From Tubulanus polymorphus (taxonomy: Eukaryota; Animalia; Nemertea): DNA of 64,000 bases. The notes under the pieces were generated by a model. That model saw only the letters and a program-made list of their open reading frames with translations. It made no database searches and was not told the origin of the DNA. Location: assembly GCF_964204645.1 (NCBI RefSeq), contig NC_134036.1:4618600-4682599 (forward strand). The letters run 5' to 3'. The translations under genes were made by a program, and so were the position numbers. Below are positions 1 through 12,700 of this stretch, one piece after another. Positions within the stretch are counted from its first letter, which is position 1. Every line of letters begins with the position of its first letter.

Positions 1-1677
1 TCGCAGTTTAATTGAATCTAATTATAACACGAGATTTGATGACTGAGTTACATATATAAATTCAATCGAGCTTTTTGATAGTCTGTCAGTAACCTGACTG
101 TGGTTCAGTTTCATAATGAGATATTACCCGAGCCGCCACGTGTATATTCCATTAGAAATCCCGATAACCAGCAATTACGAACAAAATCCGGAGCTACAAT
201 TGTGGTCACAACACTCGTTATCGTTGCCACAGACTGCGCCTTTAAGTCCGCAACCTATTTAAAATAGCATGCATTATTTTATTTAGATTGAAGAAATATT
301 TGAACGCCGACCCCCTATGGACGACGGGGATGGTAGACAATGATGATAGAAATGGATGGGGCTTAGCAAATACATGTTTGATATTGTACGTCAATTAAAT
401 TGATATATATCTTTGCAATACTATTGACAAAATTAATTCTTTCGAACGAGAAAAAGGAGAAAACTACTTATTTTTTACTTATTATGATTGCGCCTATTAT
501 TCATATTATGAACTTTGCAATCATGTATTATCTCCACAGTCGTTACTAACCTTCTGCAAATGACGCGGCACTGGCCACGATCACAACCACAGCGCATAGA
601 CGAGGTATTAAATAAGCGAGCATTTTCATCGTCTAGAATTTGACATAGATACATTATTAAGTAATGATTATTCGGTAGTTTCCAATAGGCTCTCAGTGAA
701 TAAAACTTTTATCAGATCGTAAAAAAATAATAACATAGTTTCCTCAAAATTAGTCTCATCAGTTCGTAAAAATAATGATGGAAAGAAACACTGATAAACT
801 CGGTGAACATTTGTTTGTTACATTAGAGGAATTCGAAGTCAATGAAATCGCATGTGCTGGATACTAATTAGTTAAAATGTGACTTCCTGCGGCGAGCGTT
901 TCTCTGGCCATGAGCGCGGGACGGCTACATCGCTTGCGTTTGGCATCGCAGAAACACGGAAACAAGTTTATGTCCCTGGTTTCCGTGTGTGCTGGGCTTT
1001 ATATATAATACAGATTGATGATTGATGATTCCCTTTTGACTTAACAACTGAGAATCATTCGAATAAAATCTGTGTCTCGCCTCAGTTATGAGAAACGATA
1101 CATTAGTTATGCATTCTATGTACCTTAGAGCAAAATTACAACGGTAAAATCTTGAAAATACTGAACAAATTACTATACTAGACTGCAAGTCAATGAACAA
1201 TTGTCACCAATTCGTATATTATCACACCAGGTGTGTTATCTACTTACGGTTTTGCCTTCGTCTTAAACGTTTGGTTGCTGCATTCAAAATAGAAGCGTTT
1301 ATGTAGATAATTCCTACATGAATTTTACACTTCAGATGTTTAATACACTATTTGCTTTTCTGTTCAGGTTCTATTGGATTTGCCGGGTGTTTACCGCAGA
1401 AATCGAATTGAGAGTTGGAACGGATGAAATATGAAACTATTTTGTGATATGTTTTACCGTAAATTCGGGACCGAATAATAGTAAGTTAACTGTTAATGAA
1501 CGTGTTCAGCCATATTGAACTGACAAAACTTGGTGACTTGATTAGATTATAGCGCTTGAATCCAGTGTTCGAAACGGGTGAAATATGTATTTATTTCGGG
1601 GTATACAAGGGTAATCCAGGTACATACCCAGCCCCTCGATCCCAGCCACTTTATATAAGTGTAATCCATGCACGGAT

Positions 1678-1908
1678 TTGTCGGTTCGTCGGTTTGTCGG
1701 CATGTCGGTTCGTCGGTTTGTCGGCATGTCGGTTCGTCGGTTTGTCGGTTCGTCGGTTTGTCGATTCGTCGGTTTGTCGATTCGTCGGTTCGTCGGTTTG
1801 TCGATTCGTCGGTTTGTCGATTCGTCGGTTCGTCGGTTTGTCGATTCGTCGGTTTGTCGATTCGTCGGTTTGTCAGTTCGTCGGTTTGTCGGTTCGTCGG
1901 TTTGTCGG
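1678..1908. repeat. 8-bp-unit microsatellite (TTCGTCGG / TTTGTCGG / TTTGTCGA)
   Basis: About 29 tandem 8-mers. It explains the four overlapping repetitive ORFs at 1542-2004. Confidence 0.95.
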
Positions 1909-3484
1909 GTATGTCGGTATGTTCGCACGTCCCTATGGCGTAATGTCGTAAGATTCAATCAGTCGAATATTGGCGGATTAATTCCAAATACCAGTCCAAT
2001 GTGATAAGTCTCTGCTGGAACTATTTAATGCTATAATGCACTTGAGCCTGAGGTGTTACACAAGCCTCCTGCTTTATCGAGTTTCACGCAGACAAATCAA
2101 GCAAAATCACTAAAATAAAAAATGCCCTATGCGCGGTAAAATCGCTGGGTCTTGACTCAGTCCCTACAGTTCTTATTCAACATGAACCGACCAATACTTG
2201 CTTCATTCAGGCATTGGTTTGAGAATTCTTATTTTTATAGTTTCACCAGGAATTTTCGCTTAAGATTTGAGGCATACCATGGTGATGTACTTAAAAGCCG
2301 TATTTGGATCCAGAGGTTTTGAAAACGATACGGTAAGTTATAGTTTTCATTGTTCTGCTAATAGCCGCTATAAGTTCACATCTTATATTCGAGCCGAATC
2401 ATATATTCGAAAAGTAGCCACCCGATCGACGCCTGATTCGCTCTTAAGTTGAAGGTACAAATCTAAAACGGTCAAATTCTTCGCCAAAACATCCCAAAAC
2501 GTGATGAAACAGTGTGAATTTGTGTTCGGTCGGTTTTTTAAATTCGTTCGATTCTATATTTCGATCTCTGGTAGTATTTGAATAGCTATCGCGTGCAACT
2601 CCGATGAAAGTGCTTTTCAAACAATCAAGTAAATTAATCTATCGCTGCGATGGATTCTAAATTTCAATTGCATTCAGCTGCTCCGAGTGAATGGCCTGTG
2701 AATCCACTTTCACGATTCAGCTGCGAAAATCGAATATGAAATTTCAATAGTTCTATGTGAATTTGGTAATCGATATTTCAAACGTTTAGACTGGGGAACA
2801 CGAGTACATCTCTTCTGGAAAGCACTTATGACGTGTTGTCGAAGAGAATAATCATTAGCTCGATTCGACGTCAATCGATACTTCAACAGTTCGCACATAT
2901 CGATAACATACGGAAAACATCTTAGTGCAACATAGATTACACTACACCATTTGCCCGAGCTCAGCTCCAGGAAGCGTGAATAAACAAGATAGTAAAAACA
3001 ATGCATTTGGTTGGCTAAATATATAGACTGGTTGGCGCTCAGTGGTTACCTGCCTGTCCAAGACATTTTGGGCGATATAATAAGGACTCTGTACCACCAG
3101 CTATCCCGCTAGAAACCCTGTCAAAATCATTTTCCATGAACTTTCATCTCGATTTTTAGCCTCCCTCATCAAACATTAGCCAAATCACTCCCCTTGACTA
3201 ACTCAGATGAACTCTAGGTTCATATACGGTGGATTTTACAAATCATCGTTCAAAGAATTTGATAAATTGTGAATAGATTTTAATTGAATCTGAGAAGAAA
3301 CCCGGGAGTTGTTGTCTGAATGCACACTAGCGAACCTTCGGCCCTCGCTTGCCACAAGTGGAATCCTCGATTGCCACAGTCGAACGTAGAGTCCTCATAG
3401 GCCAATGGGCTCAACTCCAGAACAGGTAAAAGTAGATCTGCCCAGGCTGAGTACATAGCACGTATTCTTCCGCGAGCCAGGTAG

Positions 3485-3871
3485 CCGACCTGTTTTACTC
3501 GTCGACAATTCCGACGATTTAGAATTGCCCACCTATTATACTCGTCGATAATTCCGACGATTTAAAATTGCCCACCTATTTTACTCGTCGACAATTCCGA
3601 CGATTTAGAATTGCCAACCTATATTACTCGTAGACAATTCCGACGATTTAGAATTGCCGACCTATTTTACTCGTCGACAATTCCGACGATTTAGAATTGC
3701 CGACCTATTTTACTCGTCGACAATTCCGACGATTTAGAATTGCCGACCTATTTTACTCGTCGACAATTCCGACGATTTAGAATTGCCGACCTATTTTACT
3801 CGTAGACAATTCCGACGATTTAGAATTGCCGACCTATTTTACTCGTCGACAATTCCGACGATTTTAAATTG
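3485..3871 (+). repeat. 43-bp minisatellite, ~9 copies (GCCGACCTATTTTACTCGTCGACAATTCCGACGATTTAGAATT)
   Basis: Direct tandem copies with period 43 (e.g. 3661, 3704) and no spacers. Confidence 0.97.
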
Positions 3872-3951
3872 GCACACGGTCCTTCATCCCAGCCATTTTA
3901 TATCAGGGTAATCCACACAAACACCCAGCCCCTCGATCCATTGATATCTTG

Positions 3952-4665
3952 TTTGCGTGGATTACCCTTGAATAAGGTGGCTGGGATCGAGGGGCTGGGT
4001 GTGTGCGTGGATTACCCTGATATAATGTGGCTGGGATCGAGGGGCTGCGTGTGTGCGTGGATTACCCTGATATAATGTGGCTGGGATCGAGGGGCTGCGT
4101 GTGTGCGTGGATTACCCTGATATAATGTGGCTGGGATCGAGGGGCTGCGTGTGTGCGTGGATTACCCTGATATAATGTGGCTGGGATCGAGGGGCTGTGT
4201 GTGTGCGTGGATTACCCTGATATAATGTGGCTGGGATCGAGGGCTGTGTGTTTGCGTGGATTACCCTTGAATAAAGTGGCTGGGATCGAGGGGCTGCGTG
4301 TTTGCGTGGATTACCCTTGAATAAGGTGACTGGGATTGAGGGGCTGTGTTTTTGCGTGGATTACCCCTGATATAAAGTGGCTGGGATCGAGGGGCTGTGT
4401 GTGTGCGTGGATTACCCTGATATAAAGTGGCTGGGATCGAGGGGCTGTGTGTGTGCGCGGATTATCCTGATATAAAGTGGCTGGGATCGAGGGGTTGTGT
4501 GTTTGCGTGGATTACCCTTGAATAAGGTGGCTGGGATCGAGGGGCTGTGTGTTTGCGTGGATTACCCTTGAATAAGGTGGCTGGGATCGAGGGGCTGGGT
4601 GTTTGTGTGGATTACCCTGATATAAAATGGCTGGGATGAAGGACCGTGTGTAGATTACCCTTTAT
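3952..4665 (+). repeat. 50-bp minisatellite, ~14 copies (CTGGGATCGAGGGGCTGYGTGTKTGCGTGGATTACCCTGATATAAWGTGG)
   Basis: Period 50 (4031, 4081, 4131, 4181). 3873-3939 is an exact 67-bp inverted copy of 4584-4650. Confidence 0.97.
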
Positions 4666-4727
4666 AGATACAAACTGCAATCGGCATCAAGTGGCCGTGT
4701 CGTTGCTTGAAAATTTATCTTCCCTTC

Positions 4728-4993
4728 AACAATTCTAAATCGTCGGAATTGTCTACGAGTAAGATAGGTCGGCAATTTAAAATCGTCGGAATTGTCGACG
4801 AGTAAAATAGGTCGGCAATTCTAAATCGTCGGAATTGTCTACGAGTAAAATAGGTCGGCAATTCTAAATCGTCGGAATTGTCGACGAGTAAAATAGGTCG
4901 GCAATTCTAAATCGTCGGAATTGTCGACGAGTAAAATAGGTCGGCAATTCTAAATCGTCGGAATTGTCGACGAGTAAAATAGGTCGGCAATTA
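4728..4993 (-). repeat. 43-bp minisatellite, ~6 copies, inverted relative to 3485-3871
   Basis: The unit AATTCTAAATCGTCGGAATTGTCGACGAGTAAAATAGGTCGGC is the reverse complement of the left array unit. Confidence 0.97.
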
Positions 4994-7900
4994 GAAACCG
5001 AACCACTCACTTCATTAAAGAAAATCCTCCACGATGGAACTATATTGACCTATTCTGGAGTTGAACCGGCCAATGAAGGGTTTGCGGCCAGGGTTTGTGT
5101 TGGCGTGACCTCCGGCGGGCGACAATCAAACCCTGGCAAGCGAGGATGCTGCAATGTGCGTGAAGCCGAATTGTGAGAAAGGAGGGCCGCGGCGACATTA
5201 TAGGCTGACTGCTATATGTTATCTACACGTTCAAATAGGTGAAATACTTAGAATTCAGAAACAGGTCTTCTGTATAATTATATCTCATTAGTGATATTCG
5301 ATAATACATGTACTAAATGTAACGCAGGATGCCTTGGTGATGAAAGACATTCCCGCCTGGAATGCAACTTTTTCACGACCGATAGAAACAATCTGATCTC
5401 CACTAAATTTTCGGGACAAATCCAACTACCAATAATCTGAACAAACTTTTTAACGTAAAACAGAAAAAAATAGCACTAATTAATTTGTGTAAATTCATTA
5501 AAGTCTGTACCCGCGTCTAGTGGAAAACCCCTTTCGATATCATACGTGTATCCCCAACGACTCCACGTCGATGCTGCAACCAAATTCAATCTATATAGGC
5601 CTATGATAACACCGTACCGCATTTATCTTTGTATTTGAATGTATTTGTAATTGTTCAGTGCAAATTTTCTTTGGGAACAATAAATGAAATGAAATGAAAA
5701 ATGTCTGTGATATTGCAATCATTGCAATTTCTATTGTGATGATTATTACAACCCCTTGCACATTTACCCAAAATGCGCGTTGTCACCCCAACGCAGAGAT
5801 TATCCCGTTTGGTGGGAATTTTTTAATCGCAGGATTACTACAGCGTTTACCGTCGTTTTTTCCTTTACCCGAATGTAACGTGCAAGAATGGTCTCGTTAC
5901 TTTCGAGGGGATTTCACTGGCGTGTTAGTGTCGAGATGTGAGCCATCTATAATTACAAGTCCGTGATCGATCCACGAGAAGATGATGCATGGTATAGAAC
6001 AGTAAACGAAAAATGAAAGTTCTTCTTTTAGTCGGGATAATGAATCGATATAAATTCGGAAAACAAATTCATTAATCGTTAATGATTGAGGGTGAGATGA
6101 AACCTCGACATTTAGTCAAATTTATATTCTTCACGAATGATGCCCCCTAGGTCGTAGTGGGTGCCGACGGAAAACCAATTTGAAAATCCAATTTTGAATT
6201 AAAGGGAAAAACTCCAGAATTCCTGTAGAGATAATGACTCCACATATGATCGTCAAATTGATCATTTATCGAAAAGGATTTTGCGTTGAGATATATCTGA
6301 ACGATAAAAGAATCGAATATTCATTTCTCGTAAATTATGTCCCCAGGATGCGTCCGTACTTGTACTAGGCGGGGAGGATTCAACAGTTGTTACCTGAGGT
6401 TGATGCCTCGTATGTGTAGTCGGCATCACTAATTGAAATTCAACCTATACTGAAACATTAATTCTTCCAGTAAAATATGAAAGTTTGATGTATGGGATTC
6501 TTGTCTTTTTCAGCCATTTCTCACGTTCAGGACTTGATCGCTGCCAAAAACGCGAGACAGACTGATTTGCCGACGTTGGATGACAACAGACATCTTAAGT
6601 AAGCCATCGTGAAATTGATGTTGGTCAGATTTGATGTTTTGTTTTTCTTTATTCTTTGTGTTGTAGTCCACCGTGTACATGACTCGAGACACTGAAATGT
6701 TTTAACAACGATCATTTCATTCTCCAGATAAGCTTTCCTTCCCCGCGACGTGGTAGCCGCCAATGCGTGCTTACTCATCCGACCAATACAGAGTGGACTT
6801 TCGGACCTTTCTCACTTCCTCGGGACCTGATTTCTGTCATTACGAGCCGATGAAACTAATCCGACCCGATGGAAGACTCCTGCGGCGGAATGCTGTAGCC
6901 TGGAAGTCGCATTCTAAGCAACAAATTACTGATCGAACTAACCTCCAGACATTCATGAACTAGTAAGTAAATATATTATTATCTTTTTATATAGGATACT
7001 TAAATTAGGTAGATTTCAAGCTTATTTAAACTGATCGACACAGAGAACACAGGTAGAGTACACTCTTCTTAACTCGTACTAATTTGTTACCAGTGATTAG
7101 TATTCCTAATAATATAGATAAGGACAATAATGAACTGAGTTACAAGACGGTTGTCTGCAGCAAACTAACAGCAAACCCTTATGGGATTAAGAATAGGGTT
7201 TCTGTCAAAAGGGCCGAAAACTCGGAATATCTTGATAAGAATCAGTGAATCGGTGTTTTAGACTTTTGCTTGAAGTCGATTTCAAGTGTGAAAGTTTTAT
7301 TCATTAGGCCACACCAAAAAAATTCTGTCTCTCGGGCGGAACAATCACCAAAATTGGTAGGTAGGTAGGGAATCTTTTTTTTCTTATTATAGAAAAAGAT
7401 GTGAGTATACACTATTTACTTTTCTGTTCAGGTTCTACTCGATTTGCCGCGTTAACTTCAGTTAGTACTCGAAATTGACAGTTCGAAACGGACGAAATAT
7501 GAAACTATTCCGTCTGATATATATTTTCCCGAAAATTCAGGACTGAATGATATCTCGTTGTACGTATTCAGCCAAGAAAATCTTTAACCCATAATACTTA
7601 GGGACTTGTTCCAGAGTCAGTTGAGACCGTCTAAACTGTGGGACTGGTCCCAGTGTCTTGGACTTATATTTCAATAGTTCTATGTGAATTCGGTAATCGA
7701 TATTTTAAAGATTTAGCAGGAACACGAGTACATCTCTTCTGGGAAGCACTTGGGACGTGTTTTCGAGTCTGGGTTTTACACTTACTATTCTCGTCGTTCT
7801 AAAAGTTTGTGCCGTCAATGAAAATGTCTGGTTTTTCGTCAGTAACCTATTTGACTAAGCGACGGTGTTGCTTATACTCTTAAATAAGCGAATAGTTTTC

Positions 7901-8117
7901 TTCAAATTAGTCAAGTTTATTAGTGCATTACTTTATAAGTTGCGTTTTAGGTCACAGGACACTATGTGATTTACTGACATTCAGTTCAGTTTCTGATCTG
8001 AAATTGACCAGTGATAGCTTAGGCGACAGTATGATATACTTCACGGAGCTACTTTTAGCCGAGCAAACGTTTCAAATGATTATTCCCGATTTGAAGAAAT
8101 ATTTCTAAAATCGAAAT

Positions 8118-8318
8118 CGGGGGCGCCAAAACGAAATATTCTTTGTTTTGGCGCACCAAAACGAACTTTCAGAGAAAATTGGACGTTTTTCGTTGTTTTG
8201 GCGGGGGCGCAAAAACGAAAGTTAGTTTTGGTGGGGGCGCCAAAATGAAAGTTCGTTTTAGCCAAAACGAACTTTCGTGAAAATTGGACGTTTTTTTCGT
8301 TTTGGCGTTCTGGCACCC
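8118..8318. repeat. Short GCGCCAAAACGAAA-rich repeat / MITE-like remnant directly upstream of the GPCR
   Basis: Several GGCGCCAAAACGAA-like units, with imperfect inverted ends GGCGCCAAAACGAAA (8121) / TTTCGTTTTGGCG (~8295). Confidence 0.45.
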
Positions 8319-8341
8319 TCATTTACCAGGAATTTTACGCT

Positions 8342-9283
8342 ATGGCCCTTATCAGCCACCATATATTTAGCATTGCTAGCGTCGGTTTCAGCGCCAATTT
8401 ACTGTCGTTTATCATTCTCACTAAAGAACGTTCAAACAACACCAGTATATTTTATTTGAGATGTTTGGCTGTTGCGGACATGTTTATCTGTTTGTCTCAT
8501 ATCGTATTTGACTTTCAGTATCGACTCTACAGTCACACGCTGTTACTTGACATGACTGCTGAAATGAACCACGCTATGAAGCGCATGATTTCATAAACTA
8601 GGTACGTTCGCACTTTATCTTCAAGTATCAGTGATCTCATAACATTGTTAATAGCTATAGACAGATATATCGTTGTTTGTTGGGCACTTAGAGCTGTCAG
8701 AATCATAAGCATTAAGAAGAGCTACATTAACGTCACTTTCGTTGTAATCATTTGTCTTTGCAACCAGTCGAGGAATTTGTTCATGTATTATTCTCGTCGT
8801 TCTATAAACCCGTGCACCGGACACGAGAGGTGGACACAAAAACTGACTCCATTTGCCAAAAACATTTATCTTAAGTACTACGAGGTGTCTTTTCGAGCTC
8901 TGCTGTTTACTGTAATCCCGACAGTGATCGTGGTTCTAATAACTATCCGATTGATTTTCACGTTGAGACGCGCAGGAGCAGCGAGAAAAACCATGTCTAC
9001 AAATAATCAAACTTCTAACAACAACAGCAGCAGTGACCGTAGTTTAACTCTGACGTTAGTTCTCATTTCGTGTTTCTATTTACTGAAGAATATATTTTTT
9101 GTCCGAGCCTCAATCATGAATTTAATAAGCACTCTAGGCGGTTCACTTGGTAAGGGTATTTCACAGGTTAATATGAACCCAGATGTGGACACCATTCGAA
9201 TGATCGTAGCGTCTTCTAATTTCGTCGTATATTGCGCATCGAGGCGTCGCTTTAGGATTGTAATTAAATCTTTGTTTAATTAG
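8342..9283 (+). pseudogene. Intronless class A 7TM GPCR (FMRFamide-receptor-like / putative chemoreceptor), disrupted by one in-frame stop
   Basis: ORFs 8342-8596 and 8645-9283 are in the same frame, separated only by TAA at 8594-8596 (TAC in the paralogue near 34884). Motifs: TM1 GFSAN, TM2 YLRCLAVAD, TM3 IAIDRYIVV, TM5 FTVIP, TM7 SSNFVVY, helix 8 RRFR. The N-terminus is short and probably frameshifted. Confidence 0.9.
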
Positions 9284-9754
9284 TTCATAATTTTAACTAA
9301 CTACAGCAGGATCCTGAAACCTGTCGATCGGATGGAAGACTGCTGAATTGACCTGACAATCTGAGCCAGCATCGCAGTGGCTTCTTTCGCTTTAGTTGAA
9401 TACGATATCCTTGTCTAAACGGTTTAACGGTTTAATTCCGGTGAGGCTTCGACAACGTTTTTACAATACTAGCCTTTTACTTACAATTGAGTGGTGAGGG
9501 TTGTAGATATTTTCTCAAAATTTAACCCCTCGAAGAGGTGAGGAAATATCGGCGATAATTCGTTCTGGATTTCGACGGGAGTTTTTTTTTCACTTTTGAC
9601 TCCAACAGAAGACGATGTTGAGAGTAAAATGCAGACCTTTTATAAACGATTGATGTTTCCCACCGCGGATAGAACGGTGCGTCCTACTGGTCACTTTGAA
9701 AATATTCACCATCGTTACATAAACAGTTAACAACCTGATCATTGATTTATTTAC

Positions 9755-12700
9755 TCGCAGTTTTAATTGAATCTAATTATAACACGAGATTTGACGACTG
9801 AGTTACAAATATAAATTCAATTCGAGCTTTTTGATAGTCTGTCAGTAACCTGACTGTGGTTCAGTTTCATAATGAGATATTACCCGAGCCGCCACGTGTA
9901 TATTCCATTAGAAATCCCGATCACCAGCAATTACGAACAAAATCCGTTGCTACACTTTTGGCTGCAACACTCGTTATCGTTGAAACAGAATTGGGATTTT
10001 TGTGCGCAACCTATTTAAAATAGCATGCATTTTCTTATTTAGATTGAAGAAATATTTGAACGCCGACCCATATGAAGCACCGGTATAGATCCCGACGACG
10101 GGGATGGTAGACAATGATGATAGAAATGGACGGGGCTTAGTGAACACATGTTTGATATTGCACGTCAATCAATTTGATTTATATCTCTGCAATACTATGG
10201 ACCAAATTTATTCGTTCGAACGAGGAAAAAGAGAAAACTACATAATTTTTACTTATTACGATTGCGCCTATTATTCATATTATGAACTTTGCAATTGTGT
10301 ATTATCTTCCCAGTCGTTACTAACCTTCTGCAAATGACGCGGCACTGACCACGAACACGACCACAGCGCATAGACGAGGTATCAAACTAGCGAGCATTTT
10401 CAAAGCCTAGAATTTGAAATATATACATTATTAAGTAATGATTATTCAGTAGTTTCCAATAGGCTCTCAGTGAATTAAACTTTAATCAGATTGTAAAAAA
10501 ATGATAACATAGTTTCCTCAAAATTAGTCTCATCAGTTCGCAACAATAATGAAAAAAAACACTGATAAACTCGGTGAACATTTGTTTGTAACATTAGAGG
10601 AATTCGAAGTCAATGAAATCGCATGTGCTGGATACTAATTAGTTAAAATGTGACTTCCTGCGGCGAGCGTTTCTCTGGCCATGAGCGCGGGACGGCTACA
10701 TCGCTTGCGTTTGGCATCGCAGAAACACGGAAACAAGTTTATGTCCCTGGTTTCCGTGTGTGCTGGGCTTTATATATAATACAGATTGATGATTGACGAT
10801 TCCCTTTTGACTTAACAACTGAGAATCATTCGAATGAAATGTGTCTCGCCTCAGTTATGATAAACGATACATTAGTTATGCATTCTATGTAGCTTAAAGC
10901 AAAATTACAACGGTAAAATCTTGAAAATACTGAACAAATTACTATACTAGACTGCAAGTCAATGAACAATTGTCACCAATTCGTATGTTATCACACCAGG
11001 AGTGTTATCTACTTACGGTTTTGCCTTCGTGTTAAACGTTTGGTTGCTGCATTCAAAATAGAAGCGTTTATGTAGATAATTCGTACATGAATTTTACACT
11101 TCAGATGTTTAATACACTATTTGCTTTTCTGTTCAGGTTCTATTCGAATTGCCTCGCGTTAACTTCAATGAGTACTCGAATTGAGAGTTGGAACAGATGA
11201 AATATGAAACTATTTCATGTGAAAATTCGGTTTTACCAAAAATTCGGGACCGAATAATATCTAGTTAACTATTAATGCACGTATTCAACCATATTGAATC
11301 GACAAAACTTAGTGACTTGATTAAATTATAATCTATACTTTACTGAGCCGATCTTGATTGTAATTTGTACGATGATCGGATGTCGATTGAGGTGTTACAC
11401 TAGCCTCCTGCTTTATCGAGTTTTACGCAGACAAATCAAGTAAACTCACTAAAATCAAAAATGCCCTATGCGCGGTTAAATCGCTGGTTCTTGACTCAGT
11501 CCCTACAGTTCTTATTCAACATGAACTGACCAATACTTGCTTGATTCAGTCATTGGTTTGAGAATTCATAATTATTATAGTTTCACCAAGCATTTTCCCT
11601 TAAGATTTGAGGCATACCATGGTGATGTACTTAAAAGCCGTCTTTGGATCCAGAGGTTTTGAAAACTATACGGTAAGTTAGTTTTCATTGTTCTGCTCAT
11701 AGCCGCTATAAGTTCACATCTTATATTCCAGCCGAATCATATATTCGAAAAGTAGCCACCCGATCGACGACTGATTCGCTCTTGCCCTATGCGCGGTAAA
11801 ATGGCTGGTTCTTGACTTAGTCCCTACAGTTCTAATTCAACATGAACTGACAAATACTTGCTTGCTTCAGGCATTGGTTTGAGAGTTGTTTTTTTAATAA
11901 TTTCGCCAGGAATTTTCCCTGAAGATTTGAGGCATACCATAGTGACTTACTTAAAAAGCCGTCTTTGGACCCAGAGGTTTTGAAAACTATACGGGTAGTT
12001 ATAGTTTTCATTGTTCTGCTCATAGCCGCTATAAGTTCACATCTTATATTCGAGCCGAATCATATATTCAAAAAGTAGCCACCCGATCGACGCCTGATTC
12101 GCTCTTTAGTTGAAGGTCCAAATCTAAAACGGTCAAATTCTTCGCCAAAGCATCCCAAACGTGATGAAACAGTGTGAATTTGTGTCCGGTCGGTTTTTTA
12201 AATTCGTTCGATTCTAAATTTCGATCTCTGGTAGTATTTCAATAGCTATCGCGTGCAACTCCGATGAAAGTGCTTTTCAAACAATCAAGTAACTTGATCT
12301 ATTTCTGCGATGGATTCCAATTTCCATCGCATTCAGCCGCTCCGAGTGAAGGGCCTGTGAATCCACTTTCAGAATTTTGCTGCGAATGTCGAATATTGAA
12401 TATTCAATAGTTCTATGTGAATTTGGTAAACGATATCTCAAACGTTTAGATCGGGGGACACGAGTAGATCTCTACTGGGAAGCACTTGGGACGTGTTGTC
12501 AAAGAGAATAATCATTGTCTCGCTCGATTCAATGTCAATTGAGACTACTTCGGAATTAGGAACAGTTTGCACATATCGATAACATACGGAATACATTTCA
12601 GTGCAACATAGATTACACTACACCATTTTCCCGAGCTCAGCTCCAGGAAACGTGAATAAACAATGTTAATACAATGCATCTGATTGGCTAAATATATAGA

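Larger units (their letters stand above)
3343..5145. mobile_element. Non-autonomous foldback-type element with minisatellite arms
   Basis: CCTCGCTTGCCA (3343-3354) is inverted at 5134-5145. TCAACTCCAGAACAGGT (3411) is inverted with one mismatch at ~5048-5064. The 43-bp arrays are in opposite orientation. The block is absent from paralogous copy B and has no ORF. Confidence 0.8.
1..7292 (+). repeat. Segmental duplication, copy A (paralogue of 9755-14755)
   Basis: 1-1550 aligns with 9755-11330, 2049-3337 with 11388-13017, and 5356-7292 with 13021-14755, at high identity by eye. Copy A carries extra blocks at 1552-2048 and 3338-5355. Confidence 0.95.

Noticed and set aside
1542-2004. Four overlapping ORFs with repetitive peptides
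   Set aside because: They are by-products of the stop-free 8-bp microsatellite.
3485-4993. CRISPR-like array (43- and 50-bp repeats with internal palindromes)
   Set aside because: The units are head-to-tail with no unique spacers, there are no cas genes, and the context is eukaryotic.
10104-10337. 77-aa ORF in the repeated module
   Set aside because: The paralogue at 330-563 has an in-frame stop, other modules do not keep the frame, and no motif is recognisable.
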